A DNA stretch of 64,000 nt from an uncultured Candidatus Saccharibacteria bacterium (GTDB lineage: Bacteria > Patescibacteriota > Minisyncoccia > Phycocordibacterales > UBA9973): assembly GCA_964571085.1 (NCBI GenBank), contig CAZMZT010000002.1:2784-66783 (forward strand), in the 5' to 3' direction. Shown in pieces: positions 49,501-59,652 of this stretch. Under the pieces are notes generated by a model. That model was not told where the DNA came from. It worked only from the letters and a program-made list of their open reading frames with translations, and ran no database searches. The first letter of the stretch is position 1. Every line of letters begins with the position of its first letter. The position numbers were made by a program, and so were the translations under genes.

Positions 49501-50006
49501 GTGTGCATCTAAGCAAATGGCCTGTGGGGGGAGATGTTAGCTTGAAAATTTTAGAGAAAATGGAAACAGCCCGATCTATAATTACCCAAGGATTAGAACT
49601 TCGCCAGAAATCAGGAATCAAAATTCGACAACCGCTCCAGTCGCTTTCTTTTGAAGCAATCGAACTGGAACAGTACTACGGCATTATCAAGGACGAATTA
49701 AACGTAAAACAAATTATTTCAGGTATCCTTGCTCTTGATACAGAAATTACTCCAGAACTTAAACAAGAAGGCCAGTATCGCGAGGTTGTTCGTGCTGTTC
49801 AAGACATGCGTAAAGCGGAGGGACTCAGCCCGAGTGATGTGGTAGTGCTTGAAGTTGCAACCAATACTGATGGCCAAGAAATAATAAATAAATTTAAAGC
49901 TGAATTGATAAAAATCGTCGGTGCAAGCGAAGTGAAAATTGCTGAGAATGAGGGAACTGAAGTAAAGATTGATGAGTTAGTATTTAGAATAAATATCATA
50001 AAATGA
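46542..50006 (+). CDS. ileS: Isoleucine--tRNA ligase (IleS2-like) with inserted histidine-phosphatase domain
   Basis: GPPTANG.PGIHH, GWDTHGLPVE, WTTTPWT, GTGIVH, DWAISRERYWGTP, DQTRGWFY, KMSKS; insert with RHG motif. Confidence 0.95.
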   Translation: MENNTKGNKSEAALREEGVLEFWKDNDIFSETLNQSEGKEEFVFYEGPPTANGKPGIHHLEARAFKDAIPRYKTMRGYHVRRKGGWDTHGLPVELQVEKKLGLDSKKAIEEYGIAEFNKQCKESVWEYLDIWNKFTKRIGYWVDQENPYVTYHNNYIESVWNVLKQVEDKKLLYKDYKVVPWCSRCGTALSSHELAQGYEDVKDLSVYAKFPIVGFDKAYFIAWTTTPWTLAGNVGLAVGPDIDYVEAKVGDEILVLAKELLSKVTEPYEIIAEHKGIEMVGMEYEPLYPYLKDALLVKGEDVSKAFKVYEASFVTTTDGTGIVHTAVMYGQEDFDLGTKVGLPKFHTVDDTGHFIKGTGFLEGRFVKDEDVAVDIIKDLAHRGLLFKKEKYEHSYPHCWRCKTPLIYYARDSWYIRMSDAKIKSQLIEENKTINWEPMHTRDGRFGEWLKDIKDWAISRERYWGTPLPIWQKADGSRMVIDSIDTLKKHVKKSGNNYFVMRHGGTEGNLKELVSYKDQENDNLTREGEAQVRQSAEKLKDSKIDLIIYSPFVRTTETASIVREVLGLDKDQMISDQRLIEVAPGEFDGKNWNEYHEHLYNMEHGWFERKIPGGESLQDVTERTGAVLYDLEDKYSDKNILIITHGGPAWTMYVAAGLYEKRNTEYKKADTHVFVKEFQRFDNAEVRSLPFVPLPHNKFNIVDLHRPYIDEVELMDEEGSSMIRVKEVMDVWFDSGAMPFAQDHYPFENKEWVDGKGFPADYISEAIDQTRGWFYTLHAVGVLMGRGKAYKNVICLGHILDDKGKKMSKSQGNIVDPWLMIEKYGVDTLRMWMYSVNQPGESKNFDEKTVALLHQQVFKLLYNVLAFYELYRDKDLEGDEYKESGNILDQWIVVRLTELTDLATKNLDNYKLLEPTRAIREFIDDLSTWYLRRSRDRIKEANTKDSKEAKQTLYFVLKNLAKLMAPLAPFTAEDIWQKLRNDKDEDSVHLSKWPVGGDVSLKILEKMETARSIITQGLELRQKSGIKIRQPLQSLSFEAIELEQYYGIIKDELNVKQIISGILALDTEITPELKQEGQYREVVRAVQDMRKAEGLSPSDVVVLEVATNTDGQEIINKFKAELIKIVGASEVKIAENEGTEVKIDELVFRINIIK

Positions 50007-50464
50007 TAAAAGTTAATCAAACAGCATTTGGTGTGGTAACCGCTATCAAAGAAGATGGCGAATATAAATTCTTGTTATTGTTACAAAGTAGAAAATACCA
50101 AAACTGGAGTTTTCCTAAGGGTAAGACTGAAGAAGGGGAAACTGATCCTCTCTCAATCGCTATGCGTGAGCTGGGCGAGGAGACGGGTATTACAGAAATC
50201 GAGATTCTAGACTTCCCACTAATAGAAGAAGAGTACGAGTTGGTACGGAAAGATAAGATTTTCTCTAGGACTAATAAGTACTTCTTAGGAATAGTAAAAA
50301 GTAAATCTGTGACAGTACAAGAAGGAGAAATTTTCGACTATAAGTGGGCAACTTATGATGAAGCATTTGAAACCGCTGTTTTTCAAAGAGAAACTCGATT
50401 GAAAGTTCTAAAGGAAGCCAAAGAATACCTAGATGAATATGATTCAAAAAATGTGGTAAAATAG
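50003..50464 (+). CDS. NUDIX hydrolase (Ap4A-hydrolase-like)
   Basis: WSFPKGKTEEGE...AMRELGEETG. Confidence 0.88.
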   Translation: MIKVNQTAFGVVTAIKEDGEYKFLLLLQSRKYQNWSFPKGKTEEGETDPLSIAMRELGEETGITEIEILDFPLIEEEYELVRKDKIFSRTNKYFLGIVKSKSVTVQEGEIFDYKWATYDEAFETAVFQRETRLKVLKEAKEYLDEYDSKNVVK

Positions 50465-50468
50465 ATTC

Positions 50469-50861
50469 ATGAAGACTATTCTAGTAGATGCAGTATATTG
50501 CTTTGTTGTTAAAGACGAAGGCAAATTTGGCATATTTGACCAAATGCATGATTTACTTGAAAAATATCCTAACAATAAAATAATTCTTACCAATGCAAGT
50601 GACGATAAATTTGAAGAGTATGGTTTTCACAACATGCCTTATGAAGTATTTACACTAAAGCATAATCCAGAAAAAACAGATCCAGAATACTTTATAAAAT
50701 TATTGAATCATTTAAACCTGGGTGCAAAAGATGTTGTATACTTTGAACATAACATTGAGGCAGTTAAGAGCGCTCAATCGGTCGGCATAATTTCATATTT
50801 TTATGATGAAAACAAAAGAGACCTAATAAGATTAGAGACTTTTCTTGCTAAAAATTTGTAA
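50469..50861 (+). CDS. Short HAD-like protein with degenerate motifs
   Basis: KTILVDA, LTNA, EKTDPEYF, VYFEHN..AV.SAQSVGI. Confidence 0.65.
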   Translation: MKTILVDAVYCFVVKDEGKFGIFDQMHDLLEKYPNNKIILTNASDDKFEEYGFHNMPYEVFTLKHNPEKTDPEYFIKLLNHLNLGAKDVVYFEHNIEAVKSAQSVGIISYFYDENKRDLIRLETFLAKNL

Positions 50862-50867
50862 TATAAT

Positions 50868-51452
50868 ATGCACCACATTTACCACACACATGGATTTGTA
50901 CTGAGCTCTCGCAATAGTGGCGAGGCGAACAAAATGCTCACTATATATACTCGCGAGATGGGGTTGGTGCGGTGTGCAGTCCAAGGTGTGCGACTACACA
51001 AGTCCAAACTTCGCTTTGCTATTCAAGACTTCTCTTATGCCAATGTGGACCTGGTGCGGGGTAGGGATGTATGGCGGGTAACTTCAGCTACCAACATCAC
51101 TTCGTTCCCATACGCACGTGCCGAAAGAGAGTCACTCCTACTCATCGCTCGCATTAGCAAGCTCATCGAGAGGCTCTGCGATGGTGAAGAAGCCAACGAG
51201 AGAATATTCGACGACTTTATCCAAGCTCTCTACCTCCTCGATGACCCAGAACTTGTGCCCGGGACTCGTACAGCACTAGAGCTCCACCTAGTTCTGCGGA
51301 TTATGAATACACTAGGATACATTGGTGATTCTGAAGTTCTGGCTCAATACCTCTCAGTACCGTTTGATGGAGTGCAGACAGAAAGCTTGCTCAAGGAAAG
51401 GCAGTCTATAATATCGCATATAAACAAGGCTCTAAACGAAAGCCAGCTTTAA
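50868..51452 (+). CDS. recO: DNA repair protein RecO (short form)
   Basis: GFVLSSRNSGEANKMLTIYTREMG...AVQGVR..KSKL OB-fold. Confidence 0.88.
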   Translation: MHHIYHTHGFVLSSRNSGEANKMLTIYTREMGLVRCAVQGVRLHKSKLRFAIQDFSYANVDLVRGRDVWRVTSATNITSFPYARAERESLLLIARISKLIERLCDGEEANERIFDDFIQALYLLDDPELVPGTRTALELHLVLRIMNTLGYIGDSEVLAQYLSVPFDGVQTESLLKERQSIISHINKALNESQL

Positions 51453-51485
51453 AATAAGGTCTACTATGCTATAATAAGGTTTACA

Positions 51486-53393
51486 ATGCCTGACGATAAA
51501 CATAAAATCGAAGATATAAAGCGACGACTCTATGACCGCGAAGACACTGTATCGGGCAGACCGCATGTAGGTGTGCTCCACCCTATAGACCACAAAGTAG
51601 ACACAGCATGGAAGAGCGACACACCACCAGTTAGCAACAATAATTCATTCTCACTAGACAGCAATATGAAGAAACCACCTACATCATTCTTTAAAAAGTT
51701 CTTTATTGGAGCGATCGTTTTCTTTTTCTGCTCACTTATGTTTGCTGGGTACATGTTCTATAGTGGTGGCGTATCAGTATCAAGTGAGAACATAGATATC
51801 ATTGTTCTCGGCAATGCATTTACTAAAGGAGGCGAAGAACTTCCACTCCAGATCGAGATAATAAACCGCAACAAAGCCAAGCTTGAACTTGCAAACCTTG
51901 TTATATCCTATCCTCGAGGTGCCAGTGATAGTACCGCAGACATGATTCGACTCCCTCGTGAATCTATAGGCACAATAAATGCTGGTGACACTATTACTCG
52001 CAATGCAAGTGTGTCGCTCTTTGGTGATGAGAAGTCTATCCGTAATGTAAAGATAAGTTTGGAGTACCATCCCGAAGGTTCGAATGCTATATTTACCAAA
52101 GATGTTATATACCCAGTGACCATAAGTTCTGCGCCACTCTCACTACTACTTGATGCACCTGACCAAGTCACATCTGATCAACTTACGACAATCAAGGTCA
52201 CTGCATCTTTGAACACTTCACTTCCAGAAGGCGCCACCATGCTCCAAGTTGCATATCCAAATGGATTCGTGTTTGATAGCGCTGTTCCTACGCCAAGTGT
52301 TGGCAACTCTGTTTGGAATCTATCAGAACTTACTACTACCAACCCTGTGTCTATAGAAGTTAAAGGCCGAATAATAGGCCAAGATGGGGAAGACAAGGTT
52401 TTTCATGTGTATGCCGGAACTACTAGTCCAACAGATCAATCCAAGGTAAATGTAGTCTACAACTCACTACTACATAGTATGAAGATAGCCAAGCCGTTCC
52501 TAGAAGCTCGAATACTAGTAAACAACCAAGACCTCACTACATATACTGCAAGTAGCAGTGAGACCATCCAAGGCGAAGTGTCATGGACCAACAACCTTCC
52601 GTCACGGATTACTGATGGGCAGATCATAGTCACACTCTCAGGCAATGCTCTAGATAAAAGCAGTGTAAATCCACTCGAAGGATTCTATGACTCAGCCAAC
52701 AATCAGATAATCTGGGACAAGAACACGATATCTGACTTTGCAAGCATCGAGCCAGGAGCAAGCGGAACTGTCAGCTTCAACTTCAAGTCCATCTCGCTCT
52801 TGGGCCCTTCGGTCACTATCAAAGACCCACAGATAGCGCTCGATGTCAGTATCCGTGGCAGGCAACCATCACTAGGCTCTACATATACTGATGTCAACAA
52901 CTTTGCGAAGAAGGTGGTAAAGATACTCTCTGACTTCCAGATAGCGTCATCGGGTTCATATGCTTCTGGGGCACTTCCACCAAAAGCAGAAACAGAAACC
53001 AAGTACACCATAACTTGGACACTCTCCAACTCTGCAAACAACATTACTTCTGCGCAAGCACGCTCTGTACTACCTATATATGTAAAGTGGGGAGGTGTGT
53101 CTGGTGCAGGTGAAGATGTGAAGTACAACGAAGTCACTCGTGAAGTAGTATGGAACATCGGCTCTGTAAGACCAAACACAGGGTTCGGATCCAACCGAGA
53201 AGCATCATTCAACTTACTACTCAAGCCTTCGACTTCTCAGATAGGGAGCGTACCTCAGCTCATGAAAGACACATTCCTCACTGGTACAGATGCGTTTACA
53301 GGAACTCCTGTGAAGAGTAAGCGTGGACCTATCACAACATTATTATCCAATGACCCGAGTTTCCAATCTGGAAACGAACGTGTTATACAGTAG
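51486..53393 (+). CDS. Large single-TM exported protein with tandem Ig-like domains
   Basis: TM FFIGAIVFFFCSLMFAGYMF followed by about 540 aa of beta-rich sequence. Confidence 0.75.
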   Translation: MPDDKHKIEDIKRRLYDREDTVSGRPHVGVLHPIDHKVDTAWKSDTPPVSNNNSFSLDSNMKKPPTSFFKKFFIGAIVFFFCSLMFAGYMFYSGGVSVSSENIDIIVLGNAFTKGGEELPLQIEIINRNKAKLELANLVISYPRGASDSTADMIRLPRESIGTINAGDTITRNASVSLFGDEKSIRNVKISLEYHPEGSNAIFTKDVIYPVTISSAPLSLLLDAPDQVTSDQLTTIKVTASLNTSLPEGATMLQVAYPNGFVFDSAVPTPSVGNSVWNLSELTTTNPVSIEVKGRIIGQDGEDKVFHVYAGTTSPTDQSKVNVVYNSLLHSMKIAKPFLEARILVNNQDLTTYTASSSETIQGEVSWTNNLPSRITDGQIIVTLSGNALDKSSVNPLEGFYDSANNQIIWDKNTISDFASIEPGASGTVSFNFKSISLLGPSVTIKDPQIALDVSIRGRQPSLGSTYTDVNNFAKKVVKILSDFQIASSGSYASGALPPKAETETKYTITWTLSNSANNITSAQARSVLPIYVKWGGVSGAGEDVKYNEVTREVVWNIGSVRPNTGFGSNREASFNLLLKPSTSQIGSVPQLMKDTFLTGTDAFTGTPVKSKRGPITTLLSNDPSFQSGNERVIQ

Positions 53394-53400
53394 AGAGTAT

Positions 53401-54696
53401 ATGGAAAAACAAGACAATAAAATGGAAAAGATAATATCATTAGCCAAGCGCCGGGGCTTTGTATACCAAGGCTCTGAGATCTATGGCGGGCTTGCAGGTA
53501 CTTGGGACTACGGTCCTCTAGGAGTAGCTATCAAGAACAACATCAAGGATGCATGGCGCAAGAAGTTCGTATCATCTCGCGATGATATGTACGAAGTAGA
53601 TGCTGCTATACTGATGAACTCTAAAGTCTGGGAGGCATCTGGCCACGTGGCTGGATTCTCGGATCCACTGGTTGAATGCAGTAAATGTAAACGTCGTTTC
53701 CGCGCTGATCAACTTGATGATCCAAAGGTTTGTCCTGACTGTAAAGGTACACTCGGTGAAGCACGCCAGTTCAACATGATGTTCGCCACTCAGATTGGTG
53801 CGATGGAGGATTCATCAGCGACTGTGTACTTGCGACCTGAAACTGCCCAAGGAGTATTTGTAAACTTCAAAAACATTGTAGACTCCTTCCATCCAAAGCT
53901 TCCTTTTGGAATAGCACAGATAGGTAAAGCATTCCGCAATGAGATAACTCCTCGCGACTTTGTGTTCCGAGTACGTGAACTGGAGCAGATGGAAGTAGAG
54001 TACTTTATACGTCCAGAGGATTGGGAGAAGCATTTCCTCTACTGGCGTGACTCTGTTGTAGAATTTGTTGAGCAACTTGGACTTGATATGGCGCTCCTTC
54101 ACGAAGTAGAAGTAGGGGACGGTGACCGCGCTCACTATTCCAAACGCACTATCGACTTTGAGTTTGACTTCCCGTTTGGACAGAAAGAACTCTTGGGCCT
54201 CGCATACCGCGGTAGCTTTGACTTAGATAATCACAAGCTAGACTACATAGATGAAGAAGCCAAAGAAAAGATAGTGCCTCATGTTATCGAGCCATCTATG
54301 GGAGTGGACCGCATGATGCTCGCACTTATGGTGTCTGCATATAGAGAGGATGAGCAGAATGGAGATACGAGGAGCTACCTTGCCTTCAAGCCTTCAGTTG
54401 CACCTGTTATCTGTGCAGTGTCACCACTTCTAAAGAACAAACCAGAACTCGTAGAGAAAGCTCGCATCGTATACGGCGAGCTCAAAGCGGAGTTCGGCCG
54501 AGTCATGTGGGACGACAATGGCAACATAGGCAAACGCTACCGCAGACAAGACGAGATAGGCACACCATACTGCATTGTCATAGACTTCGATACACTAACA
54601 GATGACGCAGTGACTATCCGCGATCGAGACACAGGAGTCCAAGAGCGTATCAGTGTTTCAAAAATTGTTGAATATATAAAGGATAAACTAAATTAA
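53401..54696 (+). CDS. glyQS: Glycine--tRNA ligase (homodimeric type)
   Basis: KRRGF, DYGPLG, LRPETAQG, GKAFRNEI, VIEPSMG, IGKRYRRQDEIGTP. Confidence 0.96.
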   Translation: MEKQDNKMEKIISLAKRRGFVYQGSEIYGGLAGTWDYGPLGVAIKNNIKDAWRKKFVSSRDDMYEVDAAILMNSKVWEASGHVAGFSDPLVECSKCKRRFRADQLDDPKVCPDCKGTLGEARQFNMMFATQIGAMEDSSATVYLRPETAQGVFVNFKNIVDSFHPKLPFGIAQIGKAFRNEITPRDFVFRVRELEQMEVEYFIRPEDWEKHFLYWRDSVVEFVEQLGLDMALLHEVEVGDGDRAHYSKRTIDFEFDFPFGQKELLGLAYRGSFDLDNHKLDYIDEEAKEKIVPHVIEPSMGVDRMMLALMVSAYREDEQNGDTRSYLAFKPSVAPVICAVSPLLKNKPELVEKARIVYGELKAEFGRVMWDDNGNIGKRYRRQDEIGTPYCIVIDFDTLTDDAVTIRDRDTGVQERISVSKIVEYIKDKLN

Positions 54697-54697
54697 T

Positions 54698-55132
54698 ATG
54701 CAGAAAGGAATTGATTATGTAGGTATTACTGTCTCATACTTATGTCATGATGGGCAGGGTAACTTTGTTATGAATAAGCGCAGCACTAATTGTCGTGATG
54801 AGCATGGAGCTTGGGATTTTGGTGGTGGTGGTGTAGATTTTGGCGACACAATTGAGCAGACTCTTTTAAAAGAAGTAAAAGAAGAATATTGTGTAGAACC
54901 TTCTTCTTATGAATTCATGGGATATTTTGACATATTTCGTACTCATAATAATAAGAAGACCCACTGGCTATCAATGATTTTTTTGGTAGAAGTAAATAGA
55001 GATGAATTACAAAATGGTGAGCCACATAAATTTGAAGAAATTAAATGGGTAAGATTGGATAGTTTACCCACTCCACTTCATACTGCATGGCAGTATGTTC
55101 TACCAAAGATTATAGATAAACTACCAAAGTAA
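54698..55132 (+). CDS. NUDIX hydrolase
   Basis: GGGVDFGDTIEQTLLKEVKEEY, EPHKF. Confidence 0.85.
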   Translation: MQKGIDYVGITVSYLCHDGQGNFVMNKRSTNCRDEHGAWDFGGGGVDFGDTIEQTLLKEVKEEYCVEPSSYEFMGYFDIFRTHNNKKTHWLSMIFLVEVNRDELQNGEPHKFEEIKWVRLDSLPTPLHTAWQYVLPKIIDKLPK

Positions 55133-55186
55133 AGATTTTGACAAGTATCCTAGTATCTAGTATTGTGAACAAAAAACTAGATAACT

Positions 55187-55759
55187 ATGCCAAGATACCT
55201 CCTTACCTTTACAGGACCGAGAGGTGCTGGCAAGGATACAGCACTTGGAAAAGTGTTGGAAGAATACCCTAGAATTCACAGGATTGTCCCGTGCACTACA
55301 AGATCGCCTCGCATTGGAGAAGTTAATGGAATACATCAGTATTTTATTTCAGAACAAGTTTTTGCTGAAAAAGAAAGGAATTGCGAATTTGTTTTTGTTA
55401 ATCCAATGAATGATAGTGGCTACCGCTCAGGAACATTAAAATCAGAACTCCTACATGATATATGTGCTGTAGATATAACAGCATATGGAGCAAATATCAT
55501 GCGTGACTACGTTCTTTTAAATGGAGGTTCTGTTCTTTCGTTTTTCATTTATGCAGGCTATCGTACTCGTTATAAAAGAATAAGAAAAAGGCAACCTGAT
55601 AAAACTCCACTTGAAGTTAAGCAAATGATGATAGGTGATCCTACAATACCTAATCCAGAATCTCACCCTGATTGGTATAAAAAGATTCACAATCCAAATA
55701 AGGGATTGGAACAGGCTTTGAATAATGTTTATTCATATATTGATGAATTTTTAAAATAA
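55187..55759 (+). CDS. gmk: Guanylate kinase-like protein
   Basis: TGPRGAGKDT, CTTRSPRIGEVNGIHQYFIS; divergent C-terminus. Confidence 0.75.
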   Translation: MPRYLLTFTGPRGAGKDTALGKVLEEYPRIHRIVPCTTRSPRIGEVNGIHQYFISEQVFAEKERNCEFVFVNPMNDSGYRSGTLKSELLHDICAVDITAYGANIMRDYVLLNGGSVLSFFIYAGYRTRYKRIRKRQPDKTPLEVKQMMIGDPTIPNPESHPDWYKKIHNPNKGLEQALNNVYSYIDEFLK

Positions 55760-55832
55760 TCTCCTGTTTAGTAGGAAGAGCTGATTTATCAGCTCTTTTT
55801 TATGTCATACTTTTATGTGATATATTGAATAT

Positions 55833-57104
55833 ATGACCAAACCAATAAAGAAAACATTAAAGAACGGCTTGCGGGTTATAACAGTGCCAATGAAAGACAA
55901 CCCGACAGTCACAGTGCTTGTGCTTGTAGGTACAGGGAGCGACTATGAGGAGAAGAAGGTGAATGGCATCTCGCACTTCCTCGAGCACATGTGCTTCAAA
56001 GGTACAATCAAAAGGCCAAATGCACAGGCTATATCGAACGAGCTTGATGCACTCGGTTGCCAATACAACGCCTTCACAGATCATGAAATGACTGGCTACT
56101 ATGCTAAAAGTGATGCCAAGAATTTCAAGAAGGTTTTTGATGTAGTTTCAGATATTTACTTGAACTCTACATTCCCAGAGGCAGAGATAGAGAAGGAGAA
56201 AGGTGTGATAGTAGAGGAGATAAACATGTACGAGGACATGCCAGCACGCCACGCCGTAGACCTATTCCAAGAAGTCCTGTATGGTGACCAGCCAGCAGGC
56301 AGAAACATTGCTGGCACCAAAGATCGCGTGCGTGCCATGACTCGCAATGACTTTGTAAAGTACAAGAAAGAACACTACGTGGCCAAAGGTACAGTAATAG
56401 TCGTCTGTGGAAGTGTCACAAAAGCAGAAGTAGACAAAGAAGTCGCCAAGCATTTCTCGAATGTCCCGACAGGTCAGAAAGGCAATAAAGTAAAAACAAA
56501 GGACGCCCAGACAAAGCCAAAAGCATTTGTGAAATATAAAGATACAGATCAGACCCACTTTGTGCTAGGAGTGCGTTCGTTCCCACTGTTCGACAAACGC
56601 AACTATCAGTTACTTTTATTAGGCGCAGTACTGGGCGCAGGGATGAGTTCACGGTTGTTTATAAAACTACGTGATGAGATGGGTGTGGCTTACTATGTGC
56701 GTGCTTACAACGATGCGTCTATTGACCATGGAAGCTTTCAAATATCTGCTGGTGTCAACAACGCTCGCACAGAAGAAGTTATAAAAGAAATATTGAAAGA
56801 ATGCACTAGACTTGTGAAGGAAAAGGTCACTGACCGCGAACTGACAAAAGTTAAATCATTCTTGGTGGGGAACATGAAGCTGTCGCTTGAAGCCACAGAT
56901 GATGTTGCCAATTTTTACGGTACCCAGGAACTCATGCGTAGGGATGTCAAAACTCTCGACGAGAAGATAAAAGCAATTATGAAGGTAACTCCAGCTGAAA
57001 TCCAGAAAATGGCTCAAACAATATTTAAAAACAAGAACCTAAATCTCGCTCTCATAGGCCCATACAAAGAAAGCAGTAAATTACAGAAAATTCTAACATT
57101 TTAG
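55833..57104 (+). CDS. M16 (pitrilysin) family zinc peptidase
   Basis: GISHFLEHMCFKGT (HxxEH), NAFT, SSRLF..LR..G..Y. Confidence 0.93.
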   Translation: MTKPIKKTLKNGLRVITVPMKDNPTVTVLVLVGTGSDYEEKKVNGISHFLEHMCFKGTIKRPNAQAISNELDALGCQYNAFTDHEMTGYYAKSDAKNFKKVFDVVSDIYLNSTFPEAEIEKEKGVIVEEINMYEDMPARHAVDLFQEVLYGDQPAGRNIAGTKDRVRAMTRNDFVKYKKEHYVAKGTVIVVCGSVTKAEVDKEVAKHFSNVPTGQKGNKVKTKDAQTKPKAFVKYKDTDQTHFVLGVRSFPLFDKRNYQLLLLGAVLGAGMSSRLFIKLRDEMGVAYYVRAYNDASIDHGSFQISAGVNNARTEEVIKEILKECTRLVKEKVTDRELTKVKSFLVGNMKLSLEATDDVANFYGTQELMRRDVKTLDEKIKAIMKVTPAEIQKMAQTIFKNKNLNLALIGPYKESSKLQKILTF

Positions 57105-57137
57105 GTACAGACTAGCAGATTGTGGTAAAATACTCAT

Positions 57138-58205
57138 ATGGAGCAAACTCCACAAACTACCAAGATATCAATATCCACAGGAACAATAATCCGCGTCATA
57201 CTCCTAGGGGTGGTGTTCTTTGCGCTTGTTAAACTCACAAGCATCATACTCATCATACTTACATCTATAGTCATAGCTTCCTTTATAGAAGGAGCTGTCA
57301 AAAGGATGAAGCCATATATAAAGAACCGCACGCTTTCTGTTTTCCTAATATATCTAACATCTATAGCTGCTATCTTCGGTCTATCTTATGTTTTTATTCC
57401 TGTGTTTATAGGCGAAATGTCTACATTGGTAGCACAACTTGGTAAGTACATACCAGACGGAAGCTTACTGAACACATTCCAAAAAGACACTATACTAGGA
57501 GCTAAGGGAGTGATATCGACAATCTCACAGAATGGCACACTTCCTGATGTTATAGATAGCACTAAGGATTTTGCAACAACTCTATCAGGAGGATTCTTCA
57601 ATATCTTTGGTCAGGCATTTGGTGGGGCTCTCAACCTGATCCTTATTATGGTGGTGTCGTTCTATCTATCAGTAACCGAGCGTGGGATAGAAAGCTTCCT
57701 TCGTATTGTCACTCCATCGACTCATGAAGAATATGTCATAAGCCTATGGCAGAGGACTGAGCGCAAGATAGGGCTATGGATGCAGGGCCAGATGCTCATG
57801 GGTGTGATCATAGGTATGCTTACATATCTCGGCCTTACTATCATAGGGGTCAAGTATTCTCTTGTCCTGGCTTTGCTTGTGGTTGTCGCAGAGCTCATAC
57901 CTTTCGGACTTATACTCGCTGCTGTACCTGGAGTTATATTTGCTTATATTGATGGTGGGGTTACTCTATCTGCTATGACACTTGCTCTTTACTTCATACT
58001 CGGACAGTTTGAGACTTACTTGATATATCCTTTGATAGTTAAGAAGGCGACAGGAGTGTCACCGCTTGTAGTGATCATATCGCTCCTGGTTGGAGCCGAG
58101 CTAGCTGGATTGTGGGGTGTTATACTAGCTATTCCGTCTGCAGTTTGCTTGCTTGAATTCCTCGATGACTTAGAAAAGAAAAAGATTCTAGCAAAAGCAA
58201 TTTAA
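57138..58205 (+). CDS. AI-2E family transporter
   Basis: Multi-TM; W.QGQ, ELIPFG, SPLVVIISLLVG..L.G..GVILAIP. Confidence 0.88.
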   Translation: MEQTPQTTKISISTGTIIRVILLGVVFFALVKLTSIILIILTSIVIASFIEGAVKRMKPYIKNRTLSVFLIYLTSIAAIFGLSYVFIPVFIGEMSTLVAQLGKYIPDGSLLNTFQKDTILGAKGVISTISQNGTLPDVIDSTKDFATTLSGGFFNIFGQAFGGALNLILIMVVSFYLSVTERGIESFLRIVTPSTHEEYVISLWQRTERKIGLWMQGQMLMGVIIGMLTYLGLTIIGVKYSLVLALLVVVAELIPFGLILAAVPGVIFAYIDGGVTLSAMTLALYFILGQFETYLIYPLIVKKATGVSPLVVIISLLVGAELAGLWGVILAIPSAVCLLEFLDDLEKKKILAKAI

Positions 58206-58206
58206 T

Positions 58207-59652
58207 ATGCCTAAACCGTTCTACATTACAACTACGCTTCCTTATGTAAATGCACCACTACACATGGGGCATGCGCTAGAGTTTGTTCGTGCTGACACTA
58301 TTGCCCGCTACAAGAAGCTTGTGGGCTATGATGTATTCTTCAATACTGGTACTGATGAGCACGGTATAAAGATATACGAAAAGGCACAAGAGCAAGGCCT
58401 GGATGTGCAGTCATTTGTTGATCAAGGATTTGCAACATTTAAAGATAGTTTGTCTATGTTTGGAATAGATACAAGTATTTTGCACTATATTCGAACTACA
58501 GATAAGAATCATGAAAAATCCGCACAAGAATTTTGGAAGAAGGTTCGAGACAATGGATATATTTATAAAAAACTTTATCAGGCAAAGTACTGCGTAGGGT
58601 GCGAGAGTGAAAAGACAGATTCAGAACTCAATGATAAAGGCGAGTGCCCAGACCACCCTGGGATACCTCTTAAACTTATCGAAGAAGAGAATTACTTCTT
58701 CAAGTATAGTGATTTTGGAGAAAAGCTGCTCGACTTCTATGAAAAGAATCCGACATTCGTGATCCCTGAATTTAGATTCAATGAGATGAAAGCCTTTGTA
58801 TCTCGTGGGTTGCAAGACTTTTCTATATCACGACTAAAAACCAAAATGCCGTGGGGGATAGAAGTGCCAGGGGACCCTGACCATGTCATGTATGTATGGT
58901 TTGATGCATTGACCAACTATATAAACACCCTCGGCTGGCCAGATGAAAGTGGGGATTTTGAGAAGTATTGGGTGAACGGTACGCCGACACAATACTGTGG
59001 CAAGGACAACACTCGGTTCCAGAGTGCTATGTGGCAAGCAATGCTTATGGCAGGAGGGGTACCAAACTCACACCAGATAGTAGTAAATGGTTTTATAACC
59101 GGTGATGGAGGAGTAAAAATGTCCAAAACTCTAGGTAACGTAGTAGACCCTCGCGATATTGTAAACGAGTATGGTACAGATGCACTCCGATACTTCTTGC
59201 TTCGAGAGGTGTCTTCGTTTGAAGATTCTCCGTTTACGATTGAAAGATTTAAAGATTCTTACAACTCAGGCCTTGCGAATGGGATAGGGAATCTTTCAAG
59301 TCGGATATTAACACTTTCTGAAAAGTATTTAGATAAATGTCCTGAAATCCCAGAAATGTCTATTCCACAAGAGTTCTTTGATATACTAGAAACTTTTGAT
59401 ATTAAAAAAGCAACAGATTATGTTTGGTCAGAGATTGAGAAACTTGATAAGTTTATACAAGAAACTGAACCATTTAAGGTTGTAAAGATTGATGAGGTAA
59501 AGGGGAAGGAGCTTATAACACAAATGGTGTTGAGGCTATATACTATTGCTCGTATGTTAAATCCTGTAATACCTGAAACTAATATAAAATTAAAATCACT
59601 TATAAAAGCAAATAAAAAGCCTGAAGCTCCATTGTTTGCAAGAAAAGACTAA
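58207..59652 (+). CDS. metG: Methionine--tRNA ligase
   Basis: YITTTLPYVN, HMGH, GTDEHG, YVWFDAL, KMSKT. Confidence 0.96.
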   Translation: MPKPFYITTTLPYVNAPLHMGHALEFVRADTIARYKKLVGYDVFFNTGTDEHGIKIYEKAQEQGLDVQSFVDQGFATFKDSLSMFGIDTSILHYIRTTDKNHEKSAQEFWKKVRDNGYIYKKLYQAKYCVGCESEKTDSELNDKGECPDHPGIPLKLIEEENYFFKYSDFGEKLLDFYEKNPTFVIPEFRFNEMKAFVSRGLQDFSISRLKTKMPWGIEVPGDPDHVMYVWFDALTNYINTLGWPDESGDFEKYWVNGTPTQYCGKDNTRFQSAMWQAMLMAGGVPNSHQIVVNGFITGDGGVKMSKTLGNVVDPRDIVNEYGTDALRYFLLREVSSFEDSPFTIERFKDSYNSGLANGIGNLSSRILTLSEKYLDKCPEIPEMSIPQEFFDILETFDIKKATDYVWSEIEKLDKFIQETEPFKVVKIDEVKGKELITQMVLRLYTIARMLNPVIPETNIKLKSLIKANKKPEAPLFARKD